Source: Candidatus Pelagibacterales bacterium
Lineage (GTDB): Bacteria; Pseudomonadota; Alphaproteobacteria; Pelagibacterales; Pelagibacteraceae
Length of the DNA: 64,000 nucleotides
NCBI GenBank assembly: GCA_004213215.1
Contig: SHAO01000001.1
Span: 687-64,686, forward strand
Direction of reading: 5' to 3'
Notes under the pieces: generated by a model
Told to the model about the DNA's origin: nothing
Seen by the model: only the letters and a program-made list of their open reading frames with translations
Database searches by the model: none
Made by a program: the position numbers and the translations under genes
Shown: positions 61,853 through 64,000 of the stretch, in pieces
Numbering within the stretch: position 1 is the first letter of the stretch
Layout of the letters: each line of letters opens with the position of its first letter

Positions 61853-62299
61853 ATGATAAGCAAAATATCAATTAAAACTAGAGTAGGTTGGATATCAGTT
61901 TTTGAAAAAAAAGGTAAAATATTTAAAATAATATTTGGTAGAACAAAAAACCAAAATAAAAGTAAAATTCTAGATAATTTTAAAAAAAACTTATTTAAAT
62001 TTTTTAACAAAAAAACATCTTATATTAGAGCGCCACATATAATGAGTGGAGATACAATTCAAAAAAAAGTTTGGAATGAATTAAAAAAAATTAAATTAGG
62101 AAATACAAAAAGTTATGGGCAAATAGCAAAAAAATATAAATTATCACCTAGACATGTTGGCAAAATATGTGGCAAGAATAAGCTTTTGTTATTAGTTCCA
62201 TGTCACAGAGTTATAAGATCTAACGGAGCTTTAGGTGGCTTTACGTCTATCGGTGGAATAAAATTAAAAAGAAAATTATTAGAGTTTGAAAAAAAATAA
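61853..62299 (+). CDS. ogt: Methylated-DNA--protein-cysteine methyltransferase (Ogt/Ada C-terminal type)
   Basis: PCHRV active site, with YGQIAKKY...SPRHVG and GGIKLKRKLLEFE. Confidence 0.88.
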   Translation: MISKISIKTRVGWISVFEKKGKIFKIIFGRTKNQNKSKILDNFKKNLFKFFNKKTSYIRAPHIMSGDTIQKKVWNELKKIKLGNTKSYGQIAKKYKLSPRHVGKICGKNKLLLLVPCHRVIRSNGALGGFTSIGGIKLKRKLLEFEKK

Positions 62300-62302
62300 T
62301 AT

Positions 62303-63577
62303 TTATTTTGCTGGTTTATTCATCGAAACAAAAAAATCAACATTATTTTTTGTATTTCTGAGTTTAGAAAGAAGGAATTCAATTGCATCCATTGTACCCA
62401 TTGAACTTAAAATTTTTCTTAAAACATTCATTTTAAGCAAATCATCGTTTTTAAAAAGCAATTCTTCTCTCCTTGTCCCAGATCTTGTTATATCAATCGC
62501 TGGGAAAATTCTTTTATCGGAGATTTTACGGTCAAGAATTAATTCGCTATTACCAGTTCCTTTAAATTCTTCAAAAATTACTTCGTCCATTCTGGATCCA
62601 GTATCTATTAGTGCGGTCGAAATTATTGTTAAAGATCCTCCTTGCTCAATATTTCTTGCTGCACCAAAAAATCTTTTTGGTCTTTGTAGAGCGTTTGCAT
62701 CAACCCCTCCTGTTAAAACTTTACCTGAACTAGGTATAACTGCATTATAAGCTCTCCCAAGTCTAGTTATTGAATCTAAAAGTATAATTACATCTTTTTT
62801 ATGCTCTGTTAATCTTTTGGCTTTTTCTATAACCATTTCAGCTACTGCTACGTGTCTGGAAGCTGGCTCGTCAAATGTCGAACTAATCACTTCGCCTTTA
62901 ACAGACCTTTGCATGTCCGTTACTTCTTCTGGCCGTTCATCTATAAGTAATACCATTAAATAACATTCTGGATGATTTTGTGCCAGTGAATGTGCAATGT
63001 TTTGTAATATAATTGTTTTACCTGCTTTTGGTGGTGAAATAATTAAAGATCGTTGACCTTTTCCAATAGGACTTACCAAATCAATTAGTCTGGCTGTTTG
63101 ATCTGGTTTTTTTTCCACTTTCGTTACTTCAACTTCCATTTTGAGTTGCTTGTCTGGATAAAGTGGAGTTAAATTGTCAAAAGCAATTTTATTTTTAGCT
63201 TTTTCTGGATTATCAAAATTTATTTTATCTACTTTCAAAAGAGCAAAATATCGCTCTTGAGCCTTTGGAGCTCTAATTTCACCTTCAACTGAATCTCCTG
63301 TTCTCAATCCAAATTTTCTTATTTGACTTGGACTAACATAAATATCGTCTGGCCCCGGTAAGTAATTAGATTCTATAGCCCTTAAAAAACCGAAACCATC
63401 CTGCAATACTTCGAGGACTCCCCCTCCAGTTATTTGTTCATTATTTTGTGCTAGTTTTTTTAATATCGCAAATAATATTTCATTCTTTCTTAATGTGCTT
63501 GGATTTTCTATTTCCAACTTTTCAGCTTGTATAATAAGCTCAGCGGGTGATTTCTTTTTTAATTCTACTAAATTCAT
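62303..63577 (-). CDS. rho: Transcription termination factor Rho
   Basis: N-terminal RNA-binding domain ([14 protein letters not shown]), Walker A PPKAGKT and 424 aa. Confidence 0.96.
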   Translation of the reverse strand: MNLVELKKKSPAELIIQAEKLEIENPSTLRKNEILFAILKKLAQNNEQITGGGVLEVLQDGFGFLRAIESNYLPGPDDIYVSPSQIRKFGLRTGDSVEGEIRAPKAQERYFALLKVDKINFDNPEKAKNKIAFDNLTPLYPDKQLKMEVEVTKVEKKPDQTARLIDLVSPIGKGQRSLIISPPKAGKTIILQNIAHSLAQNHPECYLMVLLIDERPEEVTDMQRSVKGEVISSTFDEPASRHVAVAEMVIEKAKRLTEHKKDVIILLDSITRLGRAYNAVIPSSGKVLTGGVDANALQRPKRFFGAARNIEQGGSLTIISTALIDTGSRMDEVIFEEFKGTGNSELILDRKISDKRIFPAIDITRSGTRREELLFKNDDLLKMNVLRKILSSMGTMDAIEFLLSKLRNTKNNVDFFVSMNKPAK

Positions 63578-63642
63578 ATGTGGGGTAATTGTTATTGAGA
63601 AATGTAATATTAATATAATCGCTTTTTACAAAATTACAAGGC

Positions 63643-64000
63643 TCATAATGGCTTAAAGACCACGACTAATATTATGCCTATTAGTAAAACAGTAGGTATT
63701 TCGTTGATAATTCTATAAAATTTAGGGGTATTAGAGTTATTGTTTTCAGCAAATTTTCTTAAACATTGAAACAAAAAGAAATGATAAATGGTCAAAATAA
63801 TAACAAAAACCAACTTTAGCTGAAGCCAGAGAGATCCAAAATTATCCATACCAACCGTATGAATTAACAACATTCCAAATACCCAAGATAGTATCATGGC
63901 AGGGTTCATAATATAAATAAAAAGTCTTCTTTCCATGATCTTGAAAGTAGACATCAAATCTTCAGATTTATTATCTCGAACAGCCTCACTATGATAAACA
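63643..64000 (-). CDS. hemJ: Protoporphyrinogen IX oxidase HemJ-like membrane protein (5' end outside the window)
   Basis: The reading frame stays open to the window edge (...VYHSEAVRDNKSEDLMSTFKIMERRLFIYIMNPAMI...). It is a small polytopic protein with the LFVYH-type motif, next to rho as in many Alphaproteobacteria. Confidence 0.6.
   Translation of the reverse strand, partial: VYHSEAVRDNKSEDLMSTFKIMERRLFIYIMNPAMILSWVFGMLLIHTVGMDNFGSLWLQLKLVFVIILTIYHFFLFQCLRKFAENNNSNTPKFYRIINEIPTVLLIGIILVVVFKPL

Noticed and set aside
61804-62750. ORF 61804..62010 (68 aa, minus strand, overlapping the ogt 5' end) and ORF 62286..62750 (154 aa, plus strand, antisense to rho).
   Set aside because: The first overlaps the well-formed N-terminus of Ogt and reads like a hydrophobic AT-rich shadow. 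The second lies entirely within the highly conserved rho gene.

Overview
The window is very AT-rich (about 30% G+C by eye, not computed) and almost fully coding. Gaps between genes are tiny and several stop/start codons overlap as ATGA. Gene content and order match conserved alphaproteobacterial housekeeping blocks: mutM/ubiE-ubiB-coaBC-dut, irr/fabA-fabB-fabI, pnp-rpsO-rbfA-infB-nusA, metK, lnt-ybeY-phoH-miaB-fur-tsaB, murJ-trpS-nfu, maeB, rsmI/lpoA, grpE-dnaK-dnaJ-dapB, leuS-lptE-holA and parB-parA-rsmG-mnmG-mnmE ... rho-hemJ. Composition and packing fit a streamlined Pelagibacterales (SAR11)-like genome; this is an inference with no database check. I saw no rRNA, tRNA, CRISPR array, transposase or integrase. 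The only clearly accessory content is three co-directional genes (56440-61796) encoding TPR-sulfotransferase, TPR-SAM-methyltransferase and TPR-sulfotransferase. With ogt, they sit inside the otherwise conserved rho-mnmE junction, and they carry DNA-level signs of recent duplication or gene conversion. This cassette is my best candidate for an undescribed system. Other points worth follow-up: (1) an unannotated 37-codon ORF with an ArfA-like KKGKGS motif in the one large convergent gap; (2) a near-perfect Irr box (ICE) between irr and katG, plus a 15-mer shared by the katG and irr upstream regions; (3) a near-consensus parS inside the rsmG coding sequence; (4) an OmpR-type regulator with a degenerate receiver; (5) an MsrB with a twin-arginine signal; (6) an intrinsic terminator directly in front of nusA; and (7) several genes missing from otherwise conserved operons. 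All similarity statements come from reading motifs and from memory of the families. No searches were run.
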